From contig NW_025766956.1 in NCBI RefSeq assembly GCF_003918875.1, positions 434,001 through 498,000 of the forward strand: 64,000 bases of DNA, written 5' to 3'. Shown here piece after piece: positions 13,888 through 27,118 of this stretch; within the stretch, counting starts at the first letter, position 1; every line of letters begins with the position of its first letter. Position numbers and translations under genes: made by a program. This DNA is from Haliotis rubra (Eukaryota). Under the pieces are notes generated by a model. It ran no database searches, was not told the DNA's origin, and was given only the letters and a program-made list of their open reading frames with translations.

Positions 13888-14918
13888 GTTTACACATGAA
13901 CTGATGTATTGTAAATCAAATTCATTAGTTTGAAAAGATCATTGTCATGAGTTCAATAAATGATGAAACTCAGTGAAAATTGGCAAATTCTTAACAAACC
14001 TTTACACCAAAACGCAGCTGTTCAAATGCACGATATTTGCACATGCTTTTCAGCAATTTGATGCATGATCCTCTTGCAATTCATCTGTATAGGTTCTGCA
14101 GTTGGTACCCACAAGTTAGTGGAGAAATTTATCTCCGATGTAACCACATATACGTAACGTATAGTGAATGCTTTAAGTGAGTCTAAACTTCTTATGGGTA
14201 GTATAGTAAGGATTATGGTTGAACTTTGAGATAAGGATTTCGTGGGTACATATGCTGGATCCAGCAATGAATACAACCCAGAAGAACTTAAAGGACACCC
14301 ATAACTGGAACTCCGTGTGTTTCAATGGTCACCAGTCAGGATAGATTAACTTTGGATGTATGAAAACAATTCGTTTGTTTAATTTCTTTTGAGTACAACT
14401 TTGAGTCTTTGAAAAGATTTTAAGAACTTGCCTTGTATGTGGCATTACTTGATGCCTTACCTATACCAGGTTCTTTGATAAAACACATAATGTAGTGATG
14501 CTTACATATCTTGGTTATGTTATTCGAGGCCTTGTCAGTGGGAAAACAAATGGACGTATAATGTAGGGCAGACGCGACTTTGGATGACAGCTGGATGAGA
14601 CATAACTGCTTTATTCCAGTTTTGTTTCCCCATTTTCGTCAGTCTACCGATGACAGCATAGAGCACTGGCTTAACCTCCGCTGGAAAACGTTCAACACTT
14701 TCATTTTCTCTTATGGGCAGTTTTTTGGGTGCATATAATTAACGGACGGTTGTTACTTTCAACAACAGAAACATCATCAACATGTTGGGACCAGTATGAT
14801 GAGTCTTGGCAGCCTAAAGCAGTGGATTCTGCATCATGAGCAGTGTTAACGTTCTGCAACACGTTTTAACATGGCTAGAATGGTGTTGGTATAGGAAAAT
14901 CAAACTGTTGTTGGTTAA

Positions 14919-15082
14919 TGAGTGAGTGAGTTTAGTTTTACGCCGCTTTTAACAATATACCAGCAATATCACGGCGGGGACACCAGAAATGGGCTTCAAG
15001 CATTGTACCCATGTGGGGAATCGAACCCGGTTCTTCGGCGTGACGAGCGAACGCTTTAACCACTAGGCTGCCCCACCGCCCC
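14919..15082 (-). mobile_element. SINE family 1 with TSD tgttggttaatg
   Basis: Reverse-complement copy with flanking direct repeats. Confidence 0.9.
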
Positions 15083-16544
15083 TGTTGGTTAATGCAGCTT
15101 AAATTATTGTTGGTGGCTGAAACATATTTGGTCTTACAATGAAACTCGCATTTAAAACAGTAGTTCGCTTGTTTGCAAATTTCAAACTGAAGAACAAGCG
15201 GTCATTGTCTGATTTGGAGTCGCTATTCGCTATTCGATAGCATTAGTGTTTGTAGTCTTATCGCGTCGTCTGGTTTCTTTCAGTGACACAGAGTAGAGTT
15301 TTGATCTTGCTCTGTGCAGTCCCAACGGTCCCAATTGCTGCTTCAACGTCTTGGGGATGCTGGAAACAAATTCAATACATTGGCGTTGGGAGTTCGTTGG
15401 TTAGCGCAGGGAGACTATATAAGGTTGTAGAGTATCCCTGGTTAGCGCGACTTTCATTTTAACACGAGTGGAATCCAATGATCTTCTCTGGACATTCAGT
15501 AAGATTGCATTTAAGGCTGTTCGATAGATTGTATATTTGCTCTAATATCCTAACTTCCGGTCCTTGAAACATTAAAGCGGATGCCGGATCTATACTGGAT
15601 CACTCGTGTCGATAATTCCCATGTGTCTCTCCAACATAAATCAATTGGCAAAGGCCTCAGATGGGGCTTATAGTCGGACACGGACAGGTCTTCAGTATGT
15701 TTTGTGCCGTATGTTTTAGCTTTAAAGTAGGGTGTGATTTTAAGATAACTATCGTAATAGGCACTTTCTTTATAACACATGATGAATATGGGTCGAGTTC
15801 ATGATATCCAGAATGATAACAATCTAAACCATGTTGCAGCAAGTTATATAATCATTAAGTTATATAATGAATAATTGACGGTTAGTTATATGTAATCAAA
15901 TGATACATTGCTTTAAATAAGCATCTCAGTTCATATGACCCAGTGTCCACGAGGCAGATGCACTATAGCATGATGTCATCATATTATCAGCGCTACTTCC
16001 GTTTGAGGAATTATATCATTGGCAGACCAATTTATAAAGTTCCTCATTCTAACACTTAATGAATGACCTACTTATACATAGTCATTGTTGTAGTTTCAAT
16101 CAAAGCACTTCTCATGTCCTGACCTACACTGAAAATGAGCACAAGACCACCTTCAACTTTTAAACAAAGCTGTAATCAATATACTGAACCGCTGAACCGG
16201 GCATATTACTGGTGTATAGTTCAGAATAAGGCATAATGATGACCCTTCCCTCATGAGATGGAGCGTTCATCTACAAACATGACACTGTGCTTGACTCTTA
16301 CATCAATCGGCACAACATGACGACCGTCTCTTTTACTGTAACAGGAAGAACAGATAACAATAAACGTGCTTGGCTCGTGTATTAATCAGTACAAGAAGAG
16401 CAATGGCTGGAATGTGGTGTTTCATTCAGTACAACACACATGATGACTCTGTTCCATTGACAGGAAGAGTATCCATCTCTAAAAATACTCGTAGAATAAT
16501 AGTAAGCACACACATACACAAGAAGAAGATTGACTTGTATATCA

Positions 16545-17195
16545 TATAGTTCAACACTGTGTTGGAGTTGTATATCATTTTGTAAAGCAGTGCATGATTT
16601 GTGTATCACTCTTACAACACTGTGCTTGACTTGAATACCACTCTGTACAACACTGTGCTTGATCTGTGCATAAGTCATGTGCCTGACTTGTGTTAGGACA
16701 CTGTGCTTGACCTGTGTATAATTCTGTACAACACTGAGCTTGACATGTGTATAATTCTTTACAATACTGTCCTTGCCTTGTATACCACTCTGTATAACAC
16801 TGTGCTTGACCTGTGTATAATTCTGTACAACACTGTGCTTGACTGGTATACCACTCTGTACAAGACTGTGCTTGACCTGTGTAAAATTCTGTACCACTGA
16901 GCTTGACCTGTGTATAATTCTTTACAATACTGTGTTAGGACTTGTATACCACTCTGAACAACACTGTGCTTGACCTGTGTATAATTCTGTACAACACTGT
17001 GCTTGACCTGTGTATAATTCTGTACAACACTGTGCTGACCTGTGTATCATTCTGTGCAACACTGTATGTACTTGACTTATGTACCATTATGCACAACACC
17101 GTGCTTGACTTGTGTACCATTATGTATAACACTGTGTTTGAATTGCATAATGGAACAGGCGGGACATCCTTCTACAGACGGTACTACACTGTGCT
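16545..17195. repeat. 33-bp minisatellite (acaacactgtgcttgacctgtgtataattctgt)
   Basis: Read directly; degenerate. Confidence 0.9.
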
Positions 17196-18693
17196 TACCT
17201 GTAGTGTATTATTCAATGCAAACAGAAACAACGATGACACTGCTCCTGTAACAGGTTGAGTGTTTACAGAAACACAACCAGAGATAAGGTTGGTACTTTT
17301 GTTTATTATTTCAGGATTTCTTTTTTTATAACTGCTGTCCACACTTTTCAGTCATGTTATGTGTGACAGATATATACACCAACACACACATTAGACTATA
17401 ACAGGTAGCAGAGGGAGTTAGTGTTGGTGGCCTTATAGAAGGAACACAGTTTTTGTTCAGGCTAAACTAGACCAAGAAGTCTTCATTCATACAACAACAA
17501 CACATTCTCTCCATATTACATTCCTTCTCCAGTGACTCATATAATAAACTGTCAGGGCTTTATCAAATACATTACATTAAATTCATTCACGTTAAATTGA
17601 TTAATAATTTCAAACAAAGACATCTACTTCTTTTCCATAATAATTTTACGTGTATTTCATTGGTATACTTTGTGAAAATACCATTTTCATCCTGAGGAAT
17701 ATCAAACACATTTTCCAGCTGATAGACATGTTTTCCTATGTTTGTATATTTCACTCTGAGAGCAATGTCAATTGGAGATAGTTTACAGTAATAGTTTAAC
17801 AAAGCTTATCTTCATAAAACTGAATTGAAACGTCTATTATTAACTGTTACAGTAATAAGTATAATTAGATTAGAATAATACAGATTGTAAAATTTTAAAT
17901 GAGTTACTTAGGTGTGTATGTATTATTATGGTGGAACTTGTAAATGAAATAATATTTGACTTCAGATTAAAACTTATTGCAGTGTGATCAGTTGTAAACT
18001 GATGAGCTTAAGTTAACACATTTTTTGCTTCTCTAAACATTGATGCCCACCTGACATGGCCACTGTCTGACCAAGAATCAGAAGTAATATTTGATACCAT
18101 TCTCAGAGACCATGGATTGGTTGTTACAATTTCAAAATGATATATGAAAGTCATTACTAGCGATTTGGAACATAATTGTGTTCAAAAGAACATCAAATGC
18201 GCACAATAGGAACAATAACAGTGTCATTTTTAAGACTAGATTTTTACCGTACAACATCAACAATGCCACTGTTTGAATAGGCCAAATGATCCCTGCCTAT
18301 GACTGGTGTCCCATATGTGCTATGTACTCCTACAGCAGATACACAAACAGATTTGGCAGTATGATAAGATGCTCAGTGGAGGTAAAAAATGCTCAGTTGT
18401 GAAAAGGATCAAAGAATGCATTAAAAATCAACCTGATTCTGGTAAATGAATAAAGCTTAAGCTGATTCTGTGTCACCTATGCAGAATTAAACATGATGAA
18501 TAAGTAGAACGTCTAATTAATATTCTTCAGTTTAACTCTTCTGGGGTAGGGATGATAAAAGGAAATTTCACATGTGGATGTGTTAAGAGGGTATACACAG
18601 CATAAACACATACATACATAGGCATACACAACATTCATCCATCCTTACATGTGTCTGTATACGCAACTTATATCAATCCATGTGTATGTATAT

Positions 18694-18847
18694 CAGGGAT
18701 GGCAACAGGAAAATCTATTTTCAGCAGAAAACTTAATATTGTGTCATCGAGTTGAGGGTTTCTCAATGGATTTAGACGATTCACAATTGAACAACTTGAA
18801 ATAAAATCTGTGGAAATCCGCGGATCAGTGGAAAATTGCCATCCCTG
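18694..18847. mobile_element. Small hAT-like MITE
   Basis: TIR cagggatggcaa / ttgccatccctg; flanking gtatat duplication (only 6 bp match). Confidence 0.65.
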
Positions 18848-18849
18848 GT

Positions 18850-19700
18850 ATATACAACATCCATCAACACTCGTCGATATACAAATCCATCAATACGTTG
18901 TTATACACAATCCATGTACACATCCATGTTGGTATACACAACATCCATTGACCCATATGTTGGTATACACATCTGTCTATCCATAGGTTGTCATATATAC
19001 AACATCCATCTATCCATATTTTGGTATACACAACATCCATTGCTCCATAGTTTGTTATAACAACATCCATCTATCCATAGGTTCGTATACACAACATCCT
19101 TCCATCTATATGTTGGTATACACAACATACACACATATGTATGTAGATATACTCAACATACACATACTCAACATACACATGCATTTGTGCACAACATACA
19201 CACATATGTATGTAGATATACTCAACATACACACATATACATGCATTTATACACAACATACACACATTTGTATGTTGATATACTCAACATACACACATAC
19301 ACATGCATTTATACACAACATACACACATTTGTATGTAGATATACTCAACATACACACATACACATGCATTTATACACAACATACACACATTTGTATGTA
19401 GATATACTCAACATACACACATCCACATACTCAACATACACATGCATTTATACACAACATACACACATATGTATGTTGATATACTCAACATACACATGCA
19501 TTTATACACAACATACACACATTTGTATGTAGATATACATAACATACACACATACATTTATACACAACATACACACATATGTATGTTGATATACTCAACA
19601 TACACACATACACATGCATTTATACACAACATACACACATTTGTATGTAGATATACATAACATACAGACACATGCACGTATACATAACATACACATATAG
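18850..19700. repeat. AC-rich compound minisatellite (about 30- and 60-bp units)
   Basis: Repeated atacacaacatacacacat...gatatactcaacatacac...catgcattt. Confidence 0.9.
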
Positions 19701-22283
19701 GCATACAGGTATACTCAAGGTTAACCCATTCATCGTCTGGATAGATCAAAAGTCTACAATTTAGTGAAACTGGACAAAATGACACTAACATCTTTTCAGT
19801 TTCTGGTGCTGTGAGGCAAAGCAATGATACAATAATTAACCTTCAATGGGCCACACAGAAAAATATTTAACACAAAGTTGGTAAACGTTTGGTAGAAAAC
19901 ACTCAACAAGAATATATGAGGTCAAGATAAGCATTATGTTTCTGGTCCTTGCATGGATCATTTTCACACTCACATCCACACATGTGAATTTTCAACCAAG
20001 GGCAGGTAACTCTAACCTGCTTTGCCACCCCATGATGCCTCTTATGGCTGAGTGTAGACATTATAAGGCCTTTTGGGATACTGAGTGCTGTTTTGACATT
20101 GACATTGAACCTTTATGAATTGCAAGAAAAGGCATTTTGCAAACATTGACATCAACATTCTGTTGTCAGATTATGAAGTGCCATTCAATTAAGCTTGATA
20201 AAATAATGCTCCATCATAATGTCATTATAGACTAAACCAAAAGACCAGAAACAGAATACCTTTTCTTGAGGTTTAGGCTCAAATTTGAGTCCACCTGTGA
20301 TTGAAGCTACATTGGCAATGGGCAATGAAAGACTACAAGAATCAACAACTCAGACTGAAGAAACAGTCACTTTGGACATATAAAATAACATATTGCAAAT
20401 ATTCTCAGCTCAGTGTAAACTGGTTCAAAAGTCTTTTTGCCAAAAGCTTAAAACTTAGATATACTCTATGAGAGTTAAATTTCACAGCTTGTTTTGTAGG
20501 AAACACACAAAAACCAACAATGTTCATGTCAGCATTGACTGATTTCCTGCAATGAATAAGAAAATGTTAGAGAAGTATCATCAAATATACCTGTTTATTT
20601 GTTTATAACTTCATAACTTTAGTATTTTGCTTTGGCTAAAAAATACAAGAACCTTGGATCCTGGCATGGTTGAAGGTGAATTGCGATGCCACAGAAAAAT
20701 GGACCACCTTTAACCTCAGTTATAAATTACATCACATTTAAAAAAAGAAAATCATGGTTGACTGTCCTAGCTCTGATGTGGTTTAAAACCAAGTGAATTC
20801 AGGGGCAGGACAAAAACTACATTTATACAACTTCCCATTAAAGTTTTGACAAAAAGCATTGACAATAGGAATAATTAATATGAACTTGACAATTAAACAG
20901 TGGAGATGATCATCAGGTAACAAGATATTGGTGACAATGATGTTGATGATGATGACAATGAGAACAGAAAAATGATTTTGATTGCATTCATAGGCCAATA
21001 AAATAACATAACAGAGTGCACATAGAAATTCACTTTCTGAGATTATAACTGTAATTATCCAAATTTAGGATCAGAAAATATAAATAGGACAAACACACTG
21101 ATAGGAATAACATAAGTAGAATGTAGGAAGGTTTGTGCTACAGAAATGATGTCGGCACAATCAGAAATGCGCTACCTGTCCCCAATGCCCTTTTACATGA
21201 TCATAGCCAAGATGATCGTACTGATAACAGAGACTTATGACTGTTTGTAGTGTTAAGATTGTTTGTAGTGTTAAGATTGTTTGGTGAAACCCACTAGTAC
21301 AAGTATAGGGCTGACTAACCTAGAAACAGAACCATGGAACATCTGGACTTGAACCTGTGATGCTAGGTTTCTAGCATGTCTGAGGGAGGCAACTCTGCAC
21401 AGTGAATTGTGGTCCAGCAAATAGGCTTTCCGTCCTTACATGATAGCAATGAATGAGGATGATAACTTGAATATATATATATATGACTAGGAAAACTATT
21501 TGACACATTTAATGAACAATGAAACTTACAATTTTGAATATTGTCAAAACAGAAATGTGCTGAAGAACACTTTCGACCACAATGACACATCAAGTACAAT
21601 TCCAGCAAATTATGTTTTCCCACCAAACTAACTTTTCACAAATCACATTTTGCTGTTTTTCTACCGGTTAACTTGAAACAGAATATTAAATGTTTACATT
21701 GGTCTGTATAAAGAGCACCTGTTTTGTTTGACAAAGAGTATACATAGAGATCTACTGCAACTATTTGTCACTATTACTGTATATTGCAGTATTTTACAGT
21801 CAGGCCTTTTTGAGATGTGTATCCTCTAGGATCAGTACTCTGCAACTAATTGTAAGTTGTCCTAATACTACCTGGTACCCACCACACAACTGAAACTGTA
21901 GCCATGCCTACTGTTGAGTTAATCCACTAATCGTCTCAGTGAGGTATTGACATAACAGTTTCCAGATTAATTTGATCCTGTTTATGATGTCCAACCCAAA
22001 AAAAAATTTGCATATATATACATGTAACTGCCACAAAAAAAAATGTACCACCAAAGGACCACCTTTATTTGTGTCTCAGTAAATATACCATCTGCTACTT
22101 GCAGCAAATATTTTGTATTTCAAACCTAGTATTCATGCATGTGTTGGGTAGGGACACTTAGACCTGTGAGACAAACAGGGAAGGGTAGTAACTCTGTAGC
22201 GTGAGGCCCTGCTGATGTTTAGTCCAGCAGTACTGTAGCCAAAGACAGGATGCAGCGGTGACATGTACAGGTAATGTGGTTTC

Positions 22284-22480
22284 ATGATGGTGATGATGAT
22301 AATGATGATGATGGTGATGATGATAATGAAGATGACCATGACAATGATGAAAATGATACAGATAATACCATCCTCATATTAAGAGCATGTGACCATTAAA
22401 ATGTACAATGAGAGAAAACAGGTTATTGATGATGATGATGGTGATGATGAAAATGATGATGATGATGGCGATTATGATGA
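22284..22480. repeat. (ATG)n microsatellite tracts
   Basis: Read directly. Confidence 0.9.
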
Positions 22481-22882
22481 CTAAAGGGGTTACTATCATC
22501 ATATTGATAACAACAATCAAATAAAATAAAAACTGATGTCCTTGAGTTTGCAGCACAGAAAGTGAGCAAAGAAGCTGTTCTGTCCAACTGATGGTAAGAT
22601 TGATCGCACAGGTGCTCACTGCACCGATGATAAACAGGATCCAACAAAACTTCTTAATCTTGTGAAGAAGAAGATTAAAATAACCTGGGGAAACGCTCTT
22701 GGTATTATTTCATTCTCCCATGGCACACCAGACCCTTGACGCTACAGGTTTGTCGATGTGATCTACTGGTAGGCTACCTGACAGGTCTACTTTCTAGGTT
22801 AGACCCTCTCTGTTCTCCGGGGGTCTGATATACTGTATAAAATTCTGTATCACTAAAACACTGTTGTGTCCACCAGGGACTT

Positions 22883-23031
22883 TCAGCTATTGTACAGCTG
22901 GAGATCTAGCTTCACTATTACCTCCCCTGAATTAACTTCATACAGAGGGAGCTTCTTTGTGATCGGCCCTTTCCGACTCATACTGCTATAGTACACCTCT
23001 TTCACCTGTATCTCTGTCCGTCCTAGGAAGT
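22883..23031 (-). CDS. ITSN1: Intersectin last coding exon (DFLGRTEIQV...KGPITKKLPLYEVNSGEVIVKLDLQLYNS*)
   Basis: ccttcag| acceptor; TGA at 22885-22883; C-terminus resembles ITSN1-L. Confidence 0.95.
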
Positions 23032-23729
23032 CTGAAGGGAAAGCAAAAACATAATCAGATGTACGAAAATAGTTTCATCAACATGTATACAAGGGGATAT
23101 CAAACTGATGTTTCACCATTACTTCATGCAGAGTAAGACCTTGGATGACTTTGAAGCATAGAAGTTCATACTGTATCCCCAGGGTTTGTCAGTAATTTGC
23201 AAATATATGGCATATAGTACACTGTCACATTTATTACCAGTAACAGGCACAGATTTACCTCATATCATTTATATGGCCAAAATGTGTTGAAAGATAATTA
23301 TTTTTCAGGTTTCAAATATGAGCTCTCAAAATGCTGGCCCATTCTCCTCCATGGAGTGCAGGCATTTATGAACATTCAGTCATAATTATAGAACAATAAC
23401 TTTAAAAGTTAGACATGTTAATAAGAAAGAATTACGTTCATAGACCAGGGAGAGCCACAGCTTGTGTTTTGTATGTTGGTCGGAACACATGAAGCGAGAT
23501 GATCATACTGGCATGATAGGTAAATCATTAGGAAAAGTGAGATAAACATAGTGAAAATCAATGGCTTTCAATCCCAGAGTGTATGCTCTCTGAAAAACAC
23601 ACACACAAAATCATTCACGAATTCATAAATCCAATTTTCATTAATTTAAATCCAACCTGGTGGTCATCTCAAAAAGACAAGTTGGCAATAGTGAGCATTT
23701 GGCCACGGTAACATGTCTGGATGTCCTAC

Positions 23730-23903
23730 CATTTGGGGAGAAGATGTCCCGGTCGTACACAGTGAGGCAGAGGACATCCTCCTCCAGATCCTTGATGATG
23801 AATTGCATTGAGTGGTTCCACTTTGGGTTGAGCGTGCCCTGGATGACCTTGGTTCGGTGCTCCTGGCTCCCCATGCTCACCTCGCAGTACGGGTCACTCT
23901 TAC
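23730..23903 (-). CDS. ITSN1: Intersectin exon: C2 core ([30 protein letters not shown]...[12 protein letters not shown])
   Basis: 174 nt, phase 1 to 1; C2 consensus SDPY, TLNP.WN, VYDRD. Confidence 0.96.
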
Positions 23904-25232
23904 CTGCACGGAAGGTGGTCACATGGTCATACAAGGTTACATGTGGCACCAGCTGGGTGTGGAGGATATTACTGAATGGGATTGTACACCATAAGACAGA
24001 CGGTCAAGGGGTATAGGAGATGAGTTGTAAATGCTGTCCATTTAGCTAGTGACAAAAGTAACATATTTATCTTGAGGTTCACAAGTTACAAGGACAAGCC
24101 ATGATAAGCGTCTTCTGAGTTGTATATTTATCTGTGATACTGAAAATATGACCTCAAAAGTGAGTGAAATAAATGCTTGAAACTTTTTGTTCCACAAACC
24201 TTATCTCTCATGGTTCACAGAATATATGGTGAATTTACCAAGAACAATGACATTTTAATGTTACTACATATTTCTGTCTACAACTAAAGAATGGTGCATA
24301 GATGTACATGAGAAAATGGAATGCAAGGCCTGGCACCAACAGGGTATCAGGTGTGCTATATAGAAACACTCTACACATCAGGTCACGTGTAGTACGTAGG
24401 TGAAGGTCACACAGCACTGCAAGGCCTGCTATTAACAGTGTATCAGGTATACCACCTGGAAACACACTACACACCAGGTCACACTCAGTACTAAGGTGAA
24501 GGTCACCAGCCACTGCAAGGCAGGCAGCCTACAGTGTGTCAGGTAGAACTCCCTCACTTTCAGTACAACACACAGCAGGCCACAGCAAGGTCATGCATTT
24601 TGTGTTCCTAAACTTTGAAGTCAGAAAGAATAACTATCTATCTCTGTTATTAAACTGTAAGATCATAATTCCATAGTTTATTTTGGTGGGTTTTGTTTAG
24701 TTCCATGCTTGAAATCAGACCCAAAAAATCCTAAAATATGTCATAATCCCACATCGGACACAAAGGAAACAACATTCCACAAAAATATCTACCTCCAAAA
24801 TGAATCCAATGCAATGCGTAAGCTACAAGCATGTAAGTCAGTGGTTTAATGTATCTCTAAACAGTATTTAGTTACATCACAGAAAGTCAGCTTGATGTGG
24901 GAGGAAAGCCTGGGCTGATGTTTTCACTTTGATTTTGGTAAGATCTGTAAACATGGGAATGGTTGCGGCATAGCCAAAAAAAATATTCTAAATGAACCTG
25001 AAATTGAAAGGATAACATATTCCTTCCATGTAACATATGTTATATTTGGGATTACACTTTCTTAGTAAAGCACAAAATCTAGTTCCTTCCATGTTCCCTA
25101 AGAATGGTTGCTGTGACAAAACAAATGTGTCTAATCTGGCATTAGGGTGCCATATTTGTTAAGGACATATCAACCTGTGACCCGGCTATAGTGGAGCTTG
25201 GATGTAATCAGTCTTTGCTGAAATGGTCCTAC

Positions 25233-25310
25233 CATTATTGTCGCTGGCTCGGAGGTTAACAGCTTCCTGTATGACGACGAGCAGCCTGCCAACCCCAGGG
25301 GACTTGCGCA
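25233..25310 (-). CDS. ITSN1: C2 strand-1 exon, variant B (MRKSPGVGRLLVVIQEAVNLRASDNN)
   Basis: catcag| acceptor, ATG|gtagg donor; 78 nt, phase 1 to 1. Confidence 0.88.
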
Positions 25311-25609
25311 CTGATGTACAGATGACAGACAGGTCATGCAATGTTATACAAGGGAGGAGGAGGCAGGCAGACACACCTGGCAGGGAGGGGTCGTCACATC
25401 ACCTGGCACTACACATCAGTAACCACTGTCAGGTCTGACCTCAGACATGGGGTATAGATTATGACAATGATGTGGGAATAATTTGTTCTGTGGCAAAATG
25501 TCTTAGAGTCCATTAGAGACTTTATTGTGATTTAACAATCCCCCAAACTTAAATCTTAAAGTCTCTGTAAAATGCATATTAATGATCTCAACCAGGAACT
25601 TTGAAAGAA

Positions 25610-26062
25610 CATGAGCCAGGAGCTGAAAATTGACATATTGGTACCACTCAGAGGGACCAAAAGTTTTAGTGTTTTTTATATTCCTTTATGTCTCTATATA
25701 ACAATTTTGACTCTTACAAAATCAGGAAAAGCAATGATTTAAAGGTACCAAATATCACAACTTGATATTAATGAAATCTTTTTAATCATGTCACCACTAT
25801 TTTTAAACCACCCCCACCCCTTTCATTTCCAACTGATTTGCTGAACTTTACTCACGATTAAAGCTTGGAATTGACCTTTTTTTTAAAAATTTGGGTTTAT
25901 TGGCGGCCTTTTTGGATTTAGCCTCGTCCTGAGTCTGAGCTACCAAACCGACATGGCCATCATACATTTTTATGTCTAGAGACCATACCAAGTTCAAAAT
26001 ATAAAACATAAAAGTGTTTGGTCCCTCTGATTGGTACCGAAAAATTGTCTGGCTCATGGCCT
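25610..26062. mobile_element. Degenerate inverted-repeat DNA element (possibly Kolobok-like)
   Basis: catgagccag...ttggtacca.tcagagggaccaaa pairs with tttggtccctctgattggtaccga...ctggctcatg(gcct). Confidence 0.55.
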
Positions 26063-27118
26063 AAATTTGAATTGTGTCAAATAACCTTAGATAAAGAATA
26101 TAATATTTTTCATATAATATTTGCCACTGATGTATAGGTAAAGGTGATGTGACAACACCATATATGGCTGCTGGGTGGTAGTGCCCTCTGGAGGTGTGAT
26201 GTGAACCAAGAAGAGACCTGTAACCTAGCTACCATGCTGATATTCCTCTATTTGTCATGGTTTCATGCCTTGAGTTGCCTGAGACTAACAGGGAGGACTA
26301 TACACAGGTTGTATCACAGCTTAAGTGTGGAATTTTTGGTACCAGGAAATTGAAACACATACACCTCACCCCACCCCCAGGATACATTCAGCAACTGAAT
26401 TTAGCTATTAGTTACAACAGAGCAGCCGATCAGATAGCCATTTTTCAGCCCAAGCAATCACAAACTACCAAATTTAATTGTGTAATTATTTAACAATAAT
26501 GATTTTCATTCTGGGGCAATAACCTGTTGTTTCAGTTGAACAGTATTGTTCTCTCCTGAGTCATTGGCTGTGTCTTTGAAATGAATGGTGCCAGTGGGGC
26601 TGACTCTATAAATTGGTCTAAGGCTGGGGTACAAGACATCAAATTCTTCATATGAATGCCTCATGGGCAAGTGACGTTAAAGTTGGAAATGCTACGGCAT
26701 TGAAGTGATGACAGAGAGAGGAGCATCATCGTGAAAAATACATCATACAAAAAAAAAAATATGGTATTAGTACAACCCAATGAACAAACTGTTCCTTAAG
26801 CTTGTATGTACATGTAAGCATGTAGTAGCCAGATTTCATGCAATCCTCATACCAGGTCGCAGCAAGAACATTTCAAGTGAAACACAGACCAGCCTAACTC
26901 ATAAGAACATGCTATCTATATAATAATGACTGAGTCCAAAACTTTCATTCACAGCTTCATCAGAAGGTTATTTGTCCATTGGGGTTGGAACTAAATCTGA
27001 TGTGCTTCTGCTAAAACTGAAACTGAAAGGAACTGCTAGCCATGCAACAGCTGTCGGATACGAAGACGAGGATGCCATGCCATCACTGAAATGAAACACA
27101 TCCATGCTGCAGCCTTAC

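Larger units (their letters stand above)
17285..22882 (-). other. Putative long 3' UTR of intersectin-L
   Basis: U-rich minus strand; AATAAA at 17307-17302 followed by a GU-rich element (TGGTTGTGTTTCTGT); more proximal AATAAA near 22065 and 20595 are alternatives. Confidence 0.4.

Noticed and set aside
14300-16050. Promoter-like motifs (CTTCCGG, TATA-like, CpG-richer patch)
   Set aside because: No associated exon or ORF could be identified, and such motifs are common by chance
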